64,000 nucleotides of DNA from Camelus dromedarius (taxonomy: Eukaryota): the NCBI RefSeq assembly GCF_036321535.1, contig NC_087472.1, positions 99,450,001 through 99,514,000 on the forward strand, in the 5' to 3' direction. Both the position numbers and the translations under genes were made by a program. Under the pieces are notes generated by a model. The model saw only the letters and a list, made by a program, of their open reading frames with translations, was not told the DNA's origin and ran no database searches. This document shows positions 26,485-40,895 of the stretch, in pieces; the first letter of the stretch is position 1; the number at the start of each line of letters is the position of its first letter.

Positions 26485-28137
26485 GTCCTCTCCTAAAGTC
26501 CAGCAGGCGGCCCTATTACTTGCTTACCCTGACTGTCTACCTGGACTCCCCCATTTCTCTCCTCCCCAGATTCCTTCTAAATGCATTCAACCCATTCATT
26601 AGAACTCCCAGGAATCTTCCCTTAAACCCTTAGTGCTGGTTGCTTGCCTGGAATTACAATATGATTTTACCACCTCCTTTGGATGTTGTACTTTATCTGC
26701 TGAACTCAATTTCTCTTCCTCCCAATACTTGCCGTCCTGCCCCTAGCAGCTGGACCAAATCCCAGATCTAACCTTTCTTAATCTTCCACCTCCTTTTTTT
26801 ATTATTGATATGAATTAATCAAGTAGACCTAAATAAGTGTTGCTCTAAAATTGAGACACTCTGGGTAGCAAGTACCATCACCAAAAAATCTTTGTAGAGA
26901 GCAATGTTTCTTCCTCCAGTCACGAGAGTGAGAGAGAAGGAATTTATAACAATGCTCCAAGAACATTTAAGACATATGAAAATAAGAAGTAAAAAAAGAG
27001 AAAGACTCGCACTGTGTCTTCCCTTGCCACTTTCTTAGCATTCCACTGCAATATTACTACTGTTTTTATACCCATTCATATAATACAGGGGTAACCTTGA
27101 GATAGGCACTCCCTCTGCTAAATGGGAAAGGATGCAATTGACCATCGTGTACCATGGTTTCATCTTTGTGTTTTTCCATTCCTTGTACATTCTTACTAGT
27201 GTTTTTCTTCAGAGATTTCTGTATGATAGTATAAGGAGTAGGATGAAGATTATTCAATGGTTTTCAACTATAATACAATACATTGAAACCACATTATCCT
27301 CTGCTTTTTACTGCCTCTTCCTAAAGTACTCTATTGTCATTACCCAGTGAAAGTGTTCCCTCAGGATACAGTGCATTGAACTTAGTATTCATTGAATAGG
27401 GAGGCTTATTGTCTCTTAGTGGCCTGCTGAATTCTATGGTGAGGTATCCTAAGGGGAAAATTAGAAGTTGATTGAAATCATAATTTTAATTAGACTCTTG
27501 TTCTGAGTGTTCTGAACCTACTTTTCTAACTCAGCTCTAAGATTTTTATCAAGTCATCTTAAGATTGTTTAGGTGAAATAATAGCATCATACAATGTAGA
27601 ACTGAATGGAAGCTTTGATCTTTAATCCTACCCTCTGCTAATATGGAGAATGAAATAAGCTCAGAGAATAATTTACCCAAAATGCCAGAAATAAGTAGGA
27701 ACAGGGATCCAGAACCCAGGTATTCTAACTCCTAGACGAATAATCTTTGGTCTGAATAGAACCAACTTTAGGCAAAATAGTTGCATTAGTGAAATGCATT
27801 TTTCTGAACCTCACACCCTCTGCCCCAAGCTTTTCCTTAATCCTTGAGAAAACTTAAATTTTTCTTTCCCTATTCTCCTTCCCAGGTCCTATCAGGAGTT
27901 TACTTATCTTGAGTCTTAAACTCAGGAGCGTCTCTTCTGTGTTTCAGGTGGCATCTAACTAATTTAAGTCACGTGATAGTATCACTTGGCTTCATGCTGA
28001 GCTGTCCAATATGGATACCCATCAGTATAAAGCCAAGTTCATGGGATAATTGAAGCCATAGGTTAAATAGAAATTCTGATTCATCTTTACCAACCATCAA
28101 ATTATCTGAAGAAACTGGTTGTGAAAAAGGGTGATGA

Positions 28138-28620
28138 AATCTTTGCCCCTCCAGATCTACTCTCCACCCCCTTGCTACTCAGGTCTGTGCTCCTAGAGGC
28201 TGATCTGTATGGACTGCATCAATAGGCTCCCTTGTCTTCTGGTTTCTGCTTGAGCTTGAAGAATGAGGAGAATCAACAGGTGATCAGAGGGCAGGAGAAG
28301 CAAGAGGTTGGAGTATTGATTCCCTCAGCTCTGTCTCCAAACGATCTCTGCAGGTGGGCTCCATCCCTCTGCTGAAGGCTGGCTACTATCAGACAGCCCA
28401 CTCTGTACAGCTGGGTCCCAGTAACCACTCCCTCCCCTTGCTTGTCCGGGCCTAGAGGTGGTAACAGCTTCTCAATATGACTTCTTCCAGGCTAGTGCAC
28501 TAGCCCGTCCTGGTTTCCCCAAGCCCTGCCAGTGCCTTTGTAAGTAGTCCCTCTATCAAACCATCTTCAGTTACCCAGTTTGAATGTGCCATCTGTTTCC
28601 AGGAAGACCATAATTGATGG
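28138..28620 (+). mobile_element. ERVL LTR33-like solo LTR
   Basis: tttgcccctccagatctactctccacc..gaggctgatctgtatggactgcatcaa ... gtgccatctgtttcc. Confidence 0.8.
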
Positions 28621-29059
28621 TCAAACAGGAACTAAATAATTTGACTAAGTAATTTAAATATTTTTATATTATCATGAACATGGATATATTAAAGATAAAA
28701 ATGCAGAATATGAATTTATTGTCCTCTGCTAAAGGGCACCTCTGTGGAAAATTTCAGGACACACTGGCAAATATAATTCTCTTTCCTTCGGGAAAATTTA
28801 TAAGAATGAGAACTCAATTAGAACTTTCGCATTACCACTTTTTTCTGGCCTTTGGCTCATAGTGAAAGAGGAAAAGGAAAGGACAAAAATGAAAAGAATT
28901 TCATGGCAAGAATTCACCTCACTAAAATGTTTTCAAATTATGCCCTGAGCTCAGAACACTTACTTTTTTTTAATCCAGTATTCACATTGAAAATTTTTCC
29001 TTTTTATATTTCTAGTCACAAATATAATTTCACAAAAACGCATAAATCTGATCGTATCA

Positions 29060-31450
29060 TACACATTTAGATTTTTGGTACAGTCTTTTTTTCTTCTTTT
29101 CCCATTCAGCTTGGCTTCCCTCTCCTCCTCTCTTGTCCCCACTTTGACATATATCCCCCCTTCCAAATAATCAAGATAGCAACTTAGTCTCTATCCATAC
29201 CTATTTTTCCCAAGCTCGCATTTTACACACACACACACATAACACCTGCACATACAACATTTAAGGAGTTATTTTGGCCATTGTCTCAGAAAGATGGATT
29301 TATATCATACATACTTTTTTGCATCTTGCTTTTCTCATTCAAAAACACTATTTGGGAATTTCCAAGTAAACTGGTATACTTTTCATTCATTTTTAACTAA
29401 TTGATTATGCAATATTCCATTGGGTGGGTTTGCCATAATTTATTCAACTATTCCTTGTTGATGAGCATTTACTTTGATAATCTTATGCCACTGCAACCTG
29501 TGTGTGTGTGTGTGTGTGTGTGTATTCACAATTGTTGCTCTTAATTTCTAAGAGTTGGATACCCTGAAAAGGGATGACTAGGTCCCATGGCATGGATATT
29601 TTTAGTTTTAATGGATGCTGCCAGATTTTCTTGCAAAAAGCTGTAGCAGGTCAAATTTCATACAGCAATGAATGAGAGTGCCCTTTCCCCTGCATCCAAT
29701 CAGCAATAAGAGTTATAGATACTTTTAAATTTTGTACCTGTTTCTTGGGCAATATCATATTGTTACCTCAGTCTGCATTTCTCTTTTCTAAGAGCATCTT
29801 TTCATGTGTGATTGACCGTCTTAATTTGCACTTTGGCCTGTTTTTTCTACTGGCAGAGAAATTATATGTATAAAATAGAAATGTAGAAAGCTTAGGACCT
29901 ATAACTGCAATTTTTCTGGATACTCATCTTCGTATTGCCTATTCTACAAAAAAAAATCTGTTGAAGCATATAAAGTGTAAGCTGATCAAGATTTTTGATC
30001 AATAAATGTTCTTCAGTTGTTCAATAAAAACGTGTTCCTTCAAGAAGTTAGGTTAATTAATTTTTTCAAGAGTGAGCTTTAAAATAATTGCCTCTCTAAA
30101 TCTTTTGCCCATTTTTACATTGAGTTAAAAGTTCTTTTTATTAAATATATTATTATGTCTGTCTGCTGTTGCTAATGTTTTTCTGAATATATTGTTCGTC
30201 TATTAAAATTAAGGACATTTTTACAATTTTATAAACTCAAATATACCTGAGCCCAGTTTTGGTTAAAAAGCTTTAACCCACCCCACCTGCTATGTGTAGT
30301 TACTTGGACTTTCTAACAAGATATTTATTATTTTATTTTTATCATTTAAGTTTTTAATCCATCTTAAATTTGTGTGTATAAGATCCAATTTTGTTTTCTT
30401 CTGGATGTACAGGCCAATTATGCCTACCCCATGTGTTAAATAGTCCATCCTTCTCCCACACGTCACCCTTCTCTTCTTAAAATTCTCCATTCTCTCCCAC
30501 ATCCCCTGTGTCTCTCAGATTTCTTGATTTTCTCCCATGATTCTCTGATATCACCCACAATTCTTTGTCTCTACCACAGTTCTCCATTCTCTCCCACAAT
30601 TCCTTATTCTCTCCCACAATTCCCTATTCCTCCCACATTTCTCCATTTACTTCCACAGTTCTATCTCTCCCACATTTCCTCATTCTGTCCCACATTTTCC
30701 CATTCCCTCCCACAAATCCCTGTCTCTCCCACAATTCTTCATTTTCTCCCATGATTCTCTAGCTTCCCCCACAATTCCCTGTCTCTCCCACAATTTCCTG
30801 TCTCATACTTCTCTGCTCTCAAAATTTCCTCTCACATAATTTCATGTTTCTCTTAAAATTCTCTATTCTCTCCCACAATTACTTGTCATTACTAAATGCT
30901 TATATACGTTGGAATTTTTTTTCTGGACTCTATTTTTTTCCATTGAACCATCTGTTTATCATTACTCGATTACTAAATTGTTTGGGCCTTATTGTATGTT
31001 TTCGCATCCAGCAAAATGTTGCCCTTGCATTGTGATATTTCAAAAAAAAAAAAGCCTCGACTCTTCTCAGACATTTATTCTTCTACCCAAGAGGAAAAGG
31101 CTATTTTATTCAGTTTTTTAAAAACTTACAGTAATTCACCTATCGGCATACTAATTAGAATTAATTGAATTAATATATTAATTGGGGAAAATCATGTTTT
31201 TTATATTGTTTCCTCCAAGATTTAAAGTGTCTTTCCGTTTGGTCAGATCTTGTTTTATGAACTGCAGTTTGAATTTATTAGCCATTTTATGGCAGTTCTG
31301 AACCTTTCTTACTAGCTTTCTGTTGCAAATCTCATATGGGCTTTTTTCAGTAGTATGAATGGAATAGTTTATTTTTTAAATTTATTTTTCTAGGTACTTA
31401 TTGCTAGAAAAAAGAAAAACTATTAATTTTTGAAATCTGTATCTACTTAT
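29060..31450 (-). mobile_element. Highly decayed old L1 (L1ME-type), fragmented; includes (TG)12 at 29499-29522
   Basis: ccataatttattcaactattcc, cagcaatgaatgagagtgccc, ttttaatccatcttaaattt, tctggactctatt. Confidence 0.65.
30445..30880. repeat. C/T-rich degenerate minisatellite, unit about 19-20 bp (ttctccattctctcccacaa)
   Basis: Repeated tctctcccacaatt motif; almost no G on the + strand. Confidence 0.9.
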
Positions 31451-31459
31451 TTGCATATG

Positions 31460-31900
31460 AGTGAACTGAAGCAGTGAATTATGTAGAGAGCTGGAGAAAT
31501 TGCACTCCAGGTAGGAGGAACAGTAAGAGTACAAACTCTGAGGAGGGGACATGCTTGAGTCAATAAATAGCAAAAGATCACTGTGGCTAGAGGCAGTGGG
31601 CAATGGAAACAGTAGTATAAGATATAGTCGGAGAAGTATCCTTGGGCAAGATTACATGGTACCTTATAGGCTGTATCAGTTATCTATTACTACATAACAA
31701 ATTACCTCAAAATTAGCAACTTAAAGCAACACTAAACAATTATTATCCCACAGTCTCCGTTGGTCAGGGATTTGTCAGCTGGGAATTTCTGTCTCCTGGT
31801 GTCTCTTGAGGTTGCCGTCAAGATATCAGCCAGAGCTGTAGTTATCTGAAGGCTTGACAGGGGCTGAAAGTTCCACTTCTAAGATGGTTTACTCATAAGA
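31460..31900 (-). mobile_element. L2 fragment followed by an MLT1 LTR fragment (31672-31900)
   Basis: tgtatcagttatctattactacataacaaattacctcaaaattagc..aagatggtttactca. Confidence 0.75.
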
Positions 31901-33454
31901 ACCCTGTTGCAGACATTTTTTATTTCAGTCAATTCAATTCTTACTTAATGCCTGAAGTAAAACCCTGAAGTGTGTACATAGTCACTTTTCTCTGACTGTA
32001 TTTCATTGGTTCCTATGCTAATTTTGAAAGATATGTTTTGAATATGAACCCATCTAAATGTCAGACCTTGGCTACAAATGTCAGAACCCATGTACATTTC
32101 TAAGGCCTTTATGTACTCTCTTTCGGAAACACGATAGAATTTATGCAAGCAAGAGGACAGTAAGAAAGGACGCATGAATATTTTAGAGCAGGAAATACGG
32201 GGAGCCTCCAAATTTTGACGGAATCTCTTTGATGAAATACTGTGTGTAGCTCCTGCTCTACTGCAAACATAATAAAAGGCAATATCTCCTAGCATGGAGA
32301 CTCTATCACATCTACCTGTTTAAAAGGGGAGGCCTCATGTAAATGTAATGGGAGCAGACATAGCTGAAGAGAATTATTCCATCCTCCAAGAGCTTAGGCT
32401 TCTTTCAGAATTGGGATACAGGTTTATTCTCAGGCTTTGACCTTAGAATTTGCACAAGTTGTTCCATATTTTTCCTTTGTTTTATTAAATTCTTATGGGA
32501 ATTGGAGTTACTTTCAATAGTTAGCTTTTTGTGAACCTTCTCCTGGTCAAACCTGCTGGACCTGGGGAGTAATAAAGAGCTCCAGACCCAGGAGGTGAAG
32601 GCAAAAAAAGCCAGGAACTACATGAGTAGAGCATTAGTCAAAAGTCAGAGAGAAGTCAATGTCTTTGATGGAAATTAATAAACTCCAAGAAGATATCCAG
32701 GATCCATTCAGCAGAATATATGCCAAGAAAAAAAAAAAAACTGTCAGTGCAATGAGAATGGTATCTAGAACTTTCCCATAGACTACTATTCTGTTTTTGA
32801 GATGGCATAGGAAAGCCTGGATAGTATATCTCTTATCATCATTTGATTTCTTTTCTCTGTAATTACATCCTTACCAGCATGACCTTCTGATAAATAAGAT
32901 GGTTTCTAGCTATACCAGGAAGGGAGTACCTTGGAGAGAAGACTCTGAGGTTCAAGTCACTAGAAAAGTCTACACCTCTCTATGAATTAATAAAATTTTC
33001 ATTCTGGTTCAAAACCGGACTCCTATAAATTTTATTTTATGGTTTGCTGGAACCTGATTGCTTCCTAGAGCAGGAGGAAATAAAGTGGCATGCTACTGTT
33101 TCTTTTCTCTCTCATTTTATATTCAAAAGGAAAATCAATACGCTAATGTTAAAAGCACTTAAAACTTTTTTAAAATCTTGATAAATATGGATGGAGAAGT
33201 ATGAAATAGGGGAAAGTCTGAATTATAGGACATTGCTAATGAGACAAAATTTTATCTCATACATATATACAATAATCCAACCTGCTAACAAACAAGACAT
33301 GTTGAATTTACTTCATAATAGGTTTGTGCCTAATCAGCAAAATCTATTTGATCACAAGTAATTACACTAATATACGGAGTTCTTAAGCACTGGTTAATCC
33401 CCTGATTTTGAAAGGGCAGTTTCACATGTACCTGTGTTTCCTAGGTAGTACCCT

Positions 33455-33960
33455 CTGTATTGCAGGTTAAAAATACTCCAACTACACTGGTTCAAGCAGA
33501 GAGAAGTTAAGATAAAGATTTCTCACAGAATCTAAAGTCAGAAATATGATTGGCTGAGCCTTAAAAACTACTAGAATAAAAAACACACTTGGTGAATTCT
33601 GTCATACTTCTCTCTGCTCATTGGCTGCTCATTTGCTTTATTCTTCTCCCTTGCTGCAAACTGACTTTCTCCATGTGATGGAAAACACGGCTAATAACTA
33701 CTTCAGAGATTTACATCTTACTTTTTCAAGTCTCTGAAGAGAGTCTGGCCCTGTTTCTCCTTTCCTGTTCTAAAAAGTCTTGGGCTCAGACTCTGATTGG
33801 TTTGATTTGTGTCAGGTGAGCATCTGCTGACCAATCAGATGCAGCCAGGGGTGAGTTCATGTTGTACCAGCACTGAGGCTCGTATGATAACCAAGTGGAT
33901 GGAAAGGCAGTTTCCAGAAGAAAGGTGCTAAGGAGATAATCCCAATACATGTCTGCCACC
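33455..33960 (-). mobile_element. Old MLT1 (MLT1K/L-like) LTR
   Basis: actctgattggtttgatttgtgtcaggtg..gaccaatcaga; aggcagtttccagaagaaa. Confidence 0.55.
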
Positions 33961-35009
33961 TTGAATATAGGCATTTTCTTGGGATAGAGCCATAAATTCG
34001 GTCAAATTCTCAAGGGACACTGACTTTAAAATGCTTATGAATTACTGCTTTAATATAACTGATGTCCTTTAACATTCTCCTGCACTGAGGCAGATAAACA
34101 TATATGTGCTCCTCTCAACATTTCTATTACTACATTATTACTTAAACTTTCTTAAGGATTGTACAAAGTAAATACAATGAAATTCCCACAAATTCAAAAT
34201 TATTAGAATCAAACGAACAACATTTTATCATGACAGACAGGCAGGTTCCATAGTCAATCTCTTGGCAATGTTTGATTGTTTTTCTGGTTATATATTGTTA
34301 TTCAGTTTACTGTAATGGGAGGCACCAATCATGTCTTTGGTTATAGAAGAATTATCATTATGTATGTGATTCTTTGATTAATGTCTGGCAATGGTAGTTC
34401 AAAGATTTATACTAGTAAGAAATGGGGCATGAACTATTTCAGATTGAGAACTAGAACTCAGTTAGAGAAGTCCCTGTCTCTGTCCTTGATTGCTCTTAAT
34501 ATATTTTATGGTTAATTATTTGTCCCAATACCTGAGCTTCTTTATAAGGTAATAACTTCTGGAAACTCATCAATCCTCATGACCTCCTTATTCAACTTTT
34601 ATTACTCTGTCCACAAAATATGTCTTATTGATAAACTTGGCATACAGACTTGATCAAATAAGTAGATATTTTTTGTATCATCCTAAATTTATGTCTAAAG
34701 ATCTTCAAGGTAGGGTAGATTATATTGTATATGACTACACCAATTGTGAAGCATTATCTTATAACCCAGCAGTATTAGCCCAGTTTAATGTTCTAATAAA
34801 CAAAGACAAAATTCTGAGCTTTTTCAGGCATCCGTCTCCAGTTAAGGGATCAGTAGATGGGGAAGAAACGCTTCCTTTTCCACCAAATATTGAAATCAAT
34901 TCACTAAAACATTATTTACTAGTGACTGGTAATACTTGTAATTATTATAACTAAAATCAACTTAAAAATAAGACTCATGTTACAAACTGTCTTGATAGAT
35001 GTGTATCAT

Positions 35010-35930
35010 TAAACAGGCAACATGGAGTAGGAAAGAGAGATCTAAGGTGAACTGGATTTTATGCCTGACTTTACCTCCATTCTACTTTTGCGACCTGGGT
35101 ATATGACTTAACTTTTTTGGTCATCAGCTATCAAATAAAAGTGGTGAGTTCCCACTGAGTCATGTCTAGCTGTAACATCCCAAAATATTATTTCTATCTA
35201 TCAATTAGATTAGATTTGGTAGCAAATAACAAAATAACTGTAGCTTAAACAAAGTTAAAATTTGTTTCTCATTCACATAAAAATTAAGAAGTAATTAATC
35301 CAGGGTTGGTATACCAGCCCTGCTTCACAAAGTCCTCAAGAACCCAAGCTCCTTATAATTCTAGGGTAAGGCCCTCATCCCCATGACCTAAAATAATGTC
35401 TAGAGCTCCTGTCATCATACCTGTGCTTCAGGCAGCAAGGTGAAGAAAGAGAAAACAAGGAAAGAAGCAAAGATCACACACTGGCTGTCTTTTAAGGAAC
35501 ATTCTTGTAAATTGCCACACATCATTTCTGCTCATATCCCATTGGCCACATCGAGTTGCAAGGGAAATTGGGAAATGTAGTCTTCATTTTGGGTGGCCAT
35601 GTTCCCAACTGAAGTTGGGGGAAATCGTTACTGGGGAATACTTTGCAGTGTCAGCCTCATGCATCATCTAAAAAGTCACCACTTCTAATAGGGTACCAGG
35701 AAATCACATTCAATATTTAGTAGTAGAGTTATTCATATCCATGAGAAGGTAAGACCTTTTCTATTTCAACTCACTTCAACAAATATTTCATTGTTTCCCT
35801 TTGCCAGCCACTGTGCCAGGCTCTGGGGACTTAAAAATAAATAAGACAGGCTTAGTCCCTAGTGTCATGGGGCTTACATTAGAATGGGGAAGATCATGAA
35901 TATGTAACTATAAGTGTGATGATTGTTACA
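35010..35930. mobile_element. MIR (about 35010-35180), MLT1J-like LTR (about 35195-35660, - strand) and L2 tail (about 35765-35930)
   Basis: ctgtagcttaaacaaag..ttctgctcatatcccattggcca..gggaaatgtagtctt; ttcaacaaatatttcattg..ctgtgccaggctctgggga. Confidence 0.7.
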
Positions 35931-36809
35931 TAACAGAACGGGATGCTCCTATATTTATGGCGATTTATCTGCCAACTCCTCTAGACTTTCTGGACAGGGG
36001 AAGAACATGACAGTACCCATTTATGTCACAAAGACCAAAAAGGAGTTTTCTAGGACATTAACTAGCTCACCTATCTTCTTTCCTGCTCTTTCTAGCAGTG
36101 CCAGGAAGTGGTCTGAGTTCACCAATTTTCCATGGAACTCTAATAAATATCTGGCCAGTTTTTACCCTGAGAGTCCAGCATGTTAAAATCTGGGTTCATC
36201 TTAACATCTAAGAGTAGAGGAATAATAGTGCAAGAGGTATTTGAGAATGGATTTTCTTGAGTTTATATGTATGGAGGAGAGAAGCCTTGGGAAAGATTGC
36301 ATCAAGAACTTTACAACTGATTGGACATACTTGGGGAAATTATATCATATTGAGTATCCCCCTTTGTTAAATACTATCAAATCAAGATTCATTGTTTCTG
36401 TTTTACTTTCTCTTAATATAGTTTTCTTGAAATCTCATTAGATGTAATTTGTCATTACTCATTCACTGCAAAGCAAGCTGTCTGCTATGTACAGTATTCA
36501 TTCATGTCGTCTCACACATGTACACATATATATGCACAAACATTATACAGAGAGTTGCTCAATACCTGTAATTATTCAGAGAATAGGAAGGGGGCCCTTT
36601 AGAAATAAAACAGTAGGTTTAACAGAGTTGTATGTATAGGAATGTGTTAAGCACTTAGCTATGGGAGTGTCACTTTCTAATAATGAAGGAAGTTCATTAT
36701 AATGTTCTTCGTATCACTTTCCTTCAGACGGGCTACTGACTTTCCTTTAGAAAAGTTCTTTCCCATTAAGTTGTCAAGGGTCATATGGGTATAGAAAGCA
36801 CTTAACCAC

Positions 36810-37465
36810 TGTACTGGATTAGATAGTGTCCCCCAAATTCATGTCTATCCAGATCCTCAAAATGTGACCTTACTGGGAAACAGGGTCTTTGCAGATGTAA
36901 TTAGTTAAGATGAGGTCATACTGGATTAGGAAGGCCCGGAATCCAGTAACTGGTGTCCTTATAAGAAGGCCATGTGAGGACACAGAGATACACAGGGGAC
37001 AATGCCATGTTAAGACAGAGGCACATATTGGAGGGATGGATCTACAAGTCAAGGAATGCCAAGGATTGCTGGCAACCAGCAGAAGCTAGGAAGCATGAAA
37101 TAAATCCTCCCTCAGCACCTCCAAAAGGAGCCAACTCTGCCAATAACTGATTTTGGACTTCTAACCAACAAAACTATAAGAGAATAAATTTCTGTTGTCT
37201 ATATATGACAGCTGGAACTGTTGTGGACATCTTGCAACCGTGATGGGACAAGCCTGAGGAGCAAACCAATTCTCTGAGAATGGCAGAGCAAAAATATGGA
37301 AAGAGCCTGGGCTTTTAATAACACTGTCAAGCCACTGAACTAATTAACCTTATAATCACTCTACCCTTAGTTCTCTTATTATATAAGATAACAAATTCCC
37401 TTAATCCTTAAGCTTTAGTTGGGTCTTTTGGCTCTTTGCAGCTGAAATCATCCTAACTGATAAGC
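36810..37465 (+). mobile_element. MLT1C/D-like LTR (36810 to about 37200) abutting an older MLT1 3' half (about 37205-37465)
   Basis: aaatgtgaccttactgggaaacagggtctttgcagatgtaattagttaagatgagg; gcagctgaaatcatcctaactgata. Confidence 0.8.
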
Positions 37466-38761
37466 CTCCCCTGGTATAAATACAGAAGGGCAATACTTTA
37501 GCTTTGTTTCATGTTAACTAGACTTTCGTGCATTATTCTAAAAGCTTAACCACTGGGATGAAAAGATGAGCAGAATAGAAACTTTGTATGAAAAGGGGAA
37601 AATCTCTTACACAAAATAACCTGAGGAGAGAAGAGATTATCTATCTTCAGCACAGTGTTTTTGTGCAGATAACAATGACATCAGTGGTCTTGAATTATTT
37701 AATACTTTGTTCCACAGTGTCATTTATGAGCAATGTCTTTTGTAGTTCAGGATTAGCAACATCTTAAGTTTGCACTTCATTTACCTTGCCACATAGCTTT
37801 CAATCATGTATTTTTTCCATATTGGCTATGCTTCAATTTCCCTTTTCAATTTGGTAAAACTCTTCTTTGTTGAACCTGAGCAAAATACAACAGAATATAT
37901 GCAAAATACAAAAGTAGAGAAAATGGAAATAAATAAACAGCCACCCCCACATAAATAATCCATGGTCTAAAACGTTGGTCTTGCTATACAAAAAGTTAAA
38001 GCAAGTAAAAAAAAAAAAAATGAAGCCAAAATGACAAGCAAACTATGGCAATAAAACTTGTGAACAGTTCTATGAGATGAAAAAATATATATAAAATATA
38101 TTTAAAAGTATTTCTTTCTGAGGTAAAGCTGTTAGGACATTAATGGGCTTGGTGAATGAGTTTAGATGTTGAGTAGAAGCTTGAAATAGTACCAGGGAAA
38201 AGCATAGTTCAGCAGCAAGGGCTGGAAAACTAGAAAGAATAGGTAATATGGAGCCAAGGAGAAAGATGAGATCATAAAAAGCAGTCTGTTTAAGGTTCAG
38301 GCCTGAGATTGGTATAATTAAAGTGAAAATTTTCCATTTCAGTGGCTGGAAGTATGTTGAAATGAATTTTGATAAAACTCACCATTCAAACTTTATGAAT
38401 ATAACTCCATAATTGCTACCTATCCATTATATAGACTGTACCCACGAAAATCTGCTGGCTGAATTAGTCGTGACTCATTGGTATGTTTTTAGAACATTGA
38501 GATATATTGGTTGCATGAACATTTCAGGCAGTTTTGTTCAAATGTACCTCAGTCAGAATCAGAATACTTCAGCAGTTTCTCCCATTTCTAATTAAGCATT
38601 AAAACATTACAAACCATTTAAAACATTTCATAAAATAGACATTAGTCAATTATGGTTTGTTAATTGCAAAGGAATTTAGCAATAGCCTAACCAAGACAGT
38701 TGTTGGCACTGTTTTCAGTGTTAATGATACTCCCCTTAAATAGAAATAAATATTGACGTGG

Positions 38762-39985
38762 TTACTTATTCACTTGCTCAACATTTATCATCATCACTCT
38801 GTGCAAAGCCCTATAGCAGGCCATGTGGGAAATTCAGATGAATCAGGCAAGAATTCTCCCCATTCTGATATCACAGTTAATTTGAGAAGATAAAACATGT
38901 ACACAAAGGACTATAACATAAGATAGGAAGTGGTAAATGCTAAAGGGATGTGGACATAAAATTCAAGGAGAGTGAGAGTATATTGCTATCAGAGAGGTAC
39001 AGGGAAGGATTTGTGGAGAAAGTGCATTGATGCTGAATTCATTCCTTCTTTCAAGAAAAATCTACTGGAAAGATCCCAGCCCTCACAGAAAGTGCAATCC
39101 AACGGGGAAGACCGGTGACCAGTAAATAAAGATTTGAGAGTGGTGAAATCAAGAAATAGAAATAGGGCCAATGTGGTCAGTGTAATGAGAAAAGGGGGAA
39201 GTGATAGGGATGAAGTCAAAGGGGTAGGTGGGATAAAATCACGTAAGACCATGTAGGCCATAGGAGGGAGTTTGGATGTCACTCTCAGTGCTTTGGGAAG
39301 CCATTAAATGGTTAATCAGGAGAGTAACATGATCTGATTCGCATTTTTTAAAAGTTCACTTTTAAAAATGGCTTTAAAAATTTCCACCATGGCTGCATGG
39401 TGGAAAAGGGATTGTCAGGAGGTAAGAGTGGGAGCAGAAGCACCTCTCAGGAGGCAACGGAAAGAGTCTAGGTAAGAGATCATGTTAACAGATTCCAATG
39501 GTAGCCAGAGGGCTAGAGAGAAGTGGACACTTTCAAGATCAATTGTGAAGATAGAGCCAAAACAACTTCCTGATGGATTGGGTATGAAATGTAAGGGGAA
39601 TAAAGGAATTAAAGGTGCTTCCTAGGCTTTTGGCTTATGAATGGTGTTGACATTTATTGGAATTGAGAAGGCCTGAAGAAGGAGTGGGGCTGAGGGGAAA
39701 GCTGAACAAGAGTTCTCATTTGACCCTGTTAAGTCTGAGATACCTGTTGGACATTCAAGTGGAAATATCAAGTAGACAGTTACATACACAAATCTGGAGC
39801 TCAATGGAGGCATAAGGGCTGAGGCTATAGATTGTGAATCATTAGCATTTAGATAGTATTTAAAACCATGGATCTAGATATGATCAATAGGGAGGAAGTA
39901 TTGATAAAGTAGAACAGAGACCTAGGACCAAGCCCTGAATAACGTTTTGATAGGCAGAGATGAGAAGGGGATTTAACAGAAAGGA
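38762..39985 (-). mobile_element. L2 3' region (about 1.2 kb)
   Basis: gggaagccattaaatggtt..aacatgatctgattcgcatttt; aagtctgagatacctgttggacattcaagtggaaat. Confidence 0.85.
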
Positions 39986-40139
39986 ATAAAGTGAACAAAA
40001 GCTTAGAAACAGGAAAGTGCTTAGCAGCAATGGGGAAGCAGGGTAATCCATTTAGGGAGAGCCTATAATAGATATCAAGTCCTAGATTTGGTTCAAAGGC
40101 TTGAGTGGAGAACCATGGAAGGTTTTAAATATGTGGAGT

Positions 40140-40895
40140 GATTCTGCTCCTGATAGTGTGAGAGTAGCTCCTCTGTGACCACTCTTCTCTAAGTAACAAC
40201 TATAAACCCTGGACAAGATTTTTTAAAAAATCTTCCTGAAGACACTGGAGAGCAAACAAAAACAGGAAGGTACTAGAGGGGCTCAACACTTGAAGAACAG
40301 TGTCAACTCTTTGTCAGTTTCTCATATTTATTTTACAGCTTTTTTCCTGAAGGGAAGTCCCAGTCTTCACCAAGAAGGACTACTAAATCCACAGTCTTGG
40401 ATGAAGAACCAGAGGACAGAGTTTGGAGTGAGGTTATGGGGAGGGGTGGTGGAACTCTATGAACAGAGAGAGACAGAAAGGGGATAATTTAAGCTCTGTA
40501 TTTAAATTTTGCCTAATCTCTGGCTGATCTTGGAAGTACATGTATACAGGGCAGACTCCAAGAAGTCCAGGTAAGGTTTTAAAAAAAACTGAACTTAGAT
40601 TTCAGCTGCTGCCCACCACGGGGGAGACAGTTTGGAATTTGAGCTCAGCGAAGCTTAACTGCCTGCAAAAACAAACAAAAAGTTCCTTTGGAAGAACTGA
40701 ACAGAATCCAGACTCTCTAAAACATGTAATTTACAATATCCAGGATACAACCCCAAATTATTAGACATGTGAATAAATAGGAAAACATGACCCATACTCA
40801 AGAGAAAAAAAACAATCAATGGAGAGAATCAATGGAGATGATTCAAATGTTGAAATAAGAAGACATAAGGAAAACACACTTGTAATGACTAAAGC
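40140..40895 (+). mobile_element. Old L1 5' region / ORF1-start remnant
   Basis: aacaactataaaccctggacaa; gctgctgcccaccac; caggatacaaccccaaattattagacatg..gaaaacatgacccatactcaagag. Confidence 0.7.

Noticed and set aside
26500..26513. Additional CTCF-like words (also about 56265)
   Set aside because: Two mismatches each; expected by chance in 64 kb.
30445..30880. CRISPR-like repeat-spacer array
   Set aside because: No unique spacers, degenerate low-complexity units, eukaryotic context and no cas genes.
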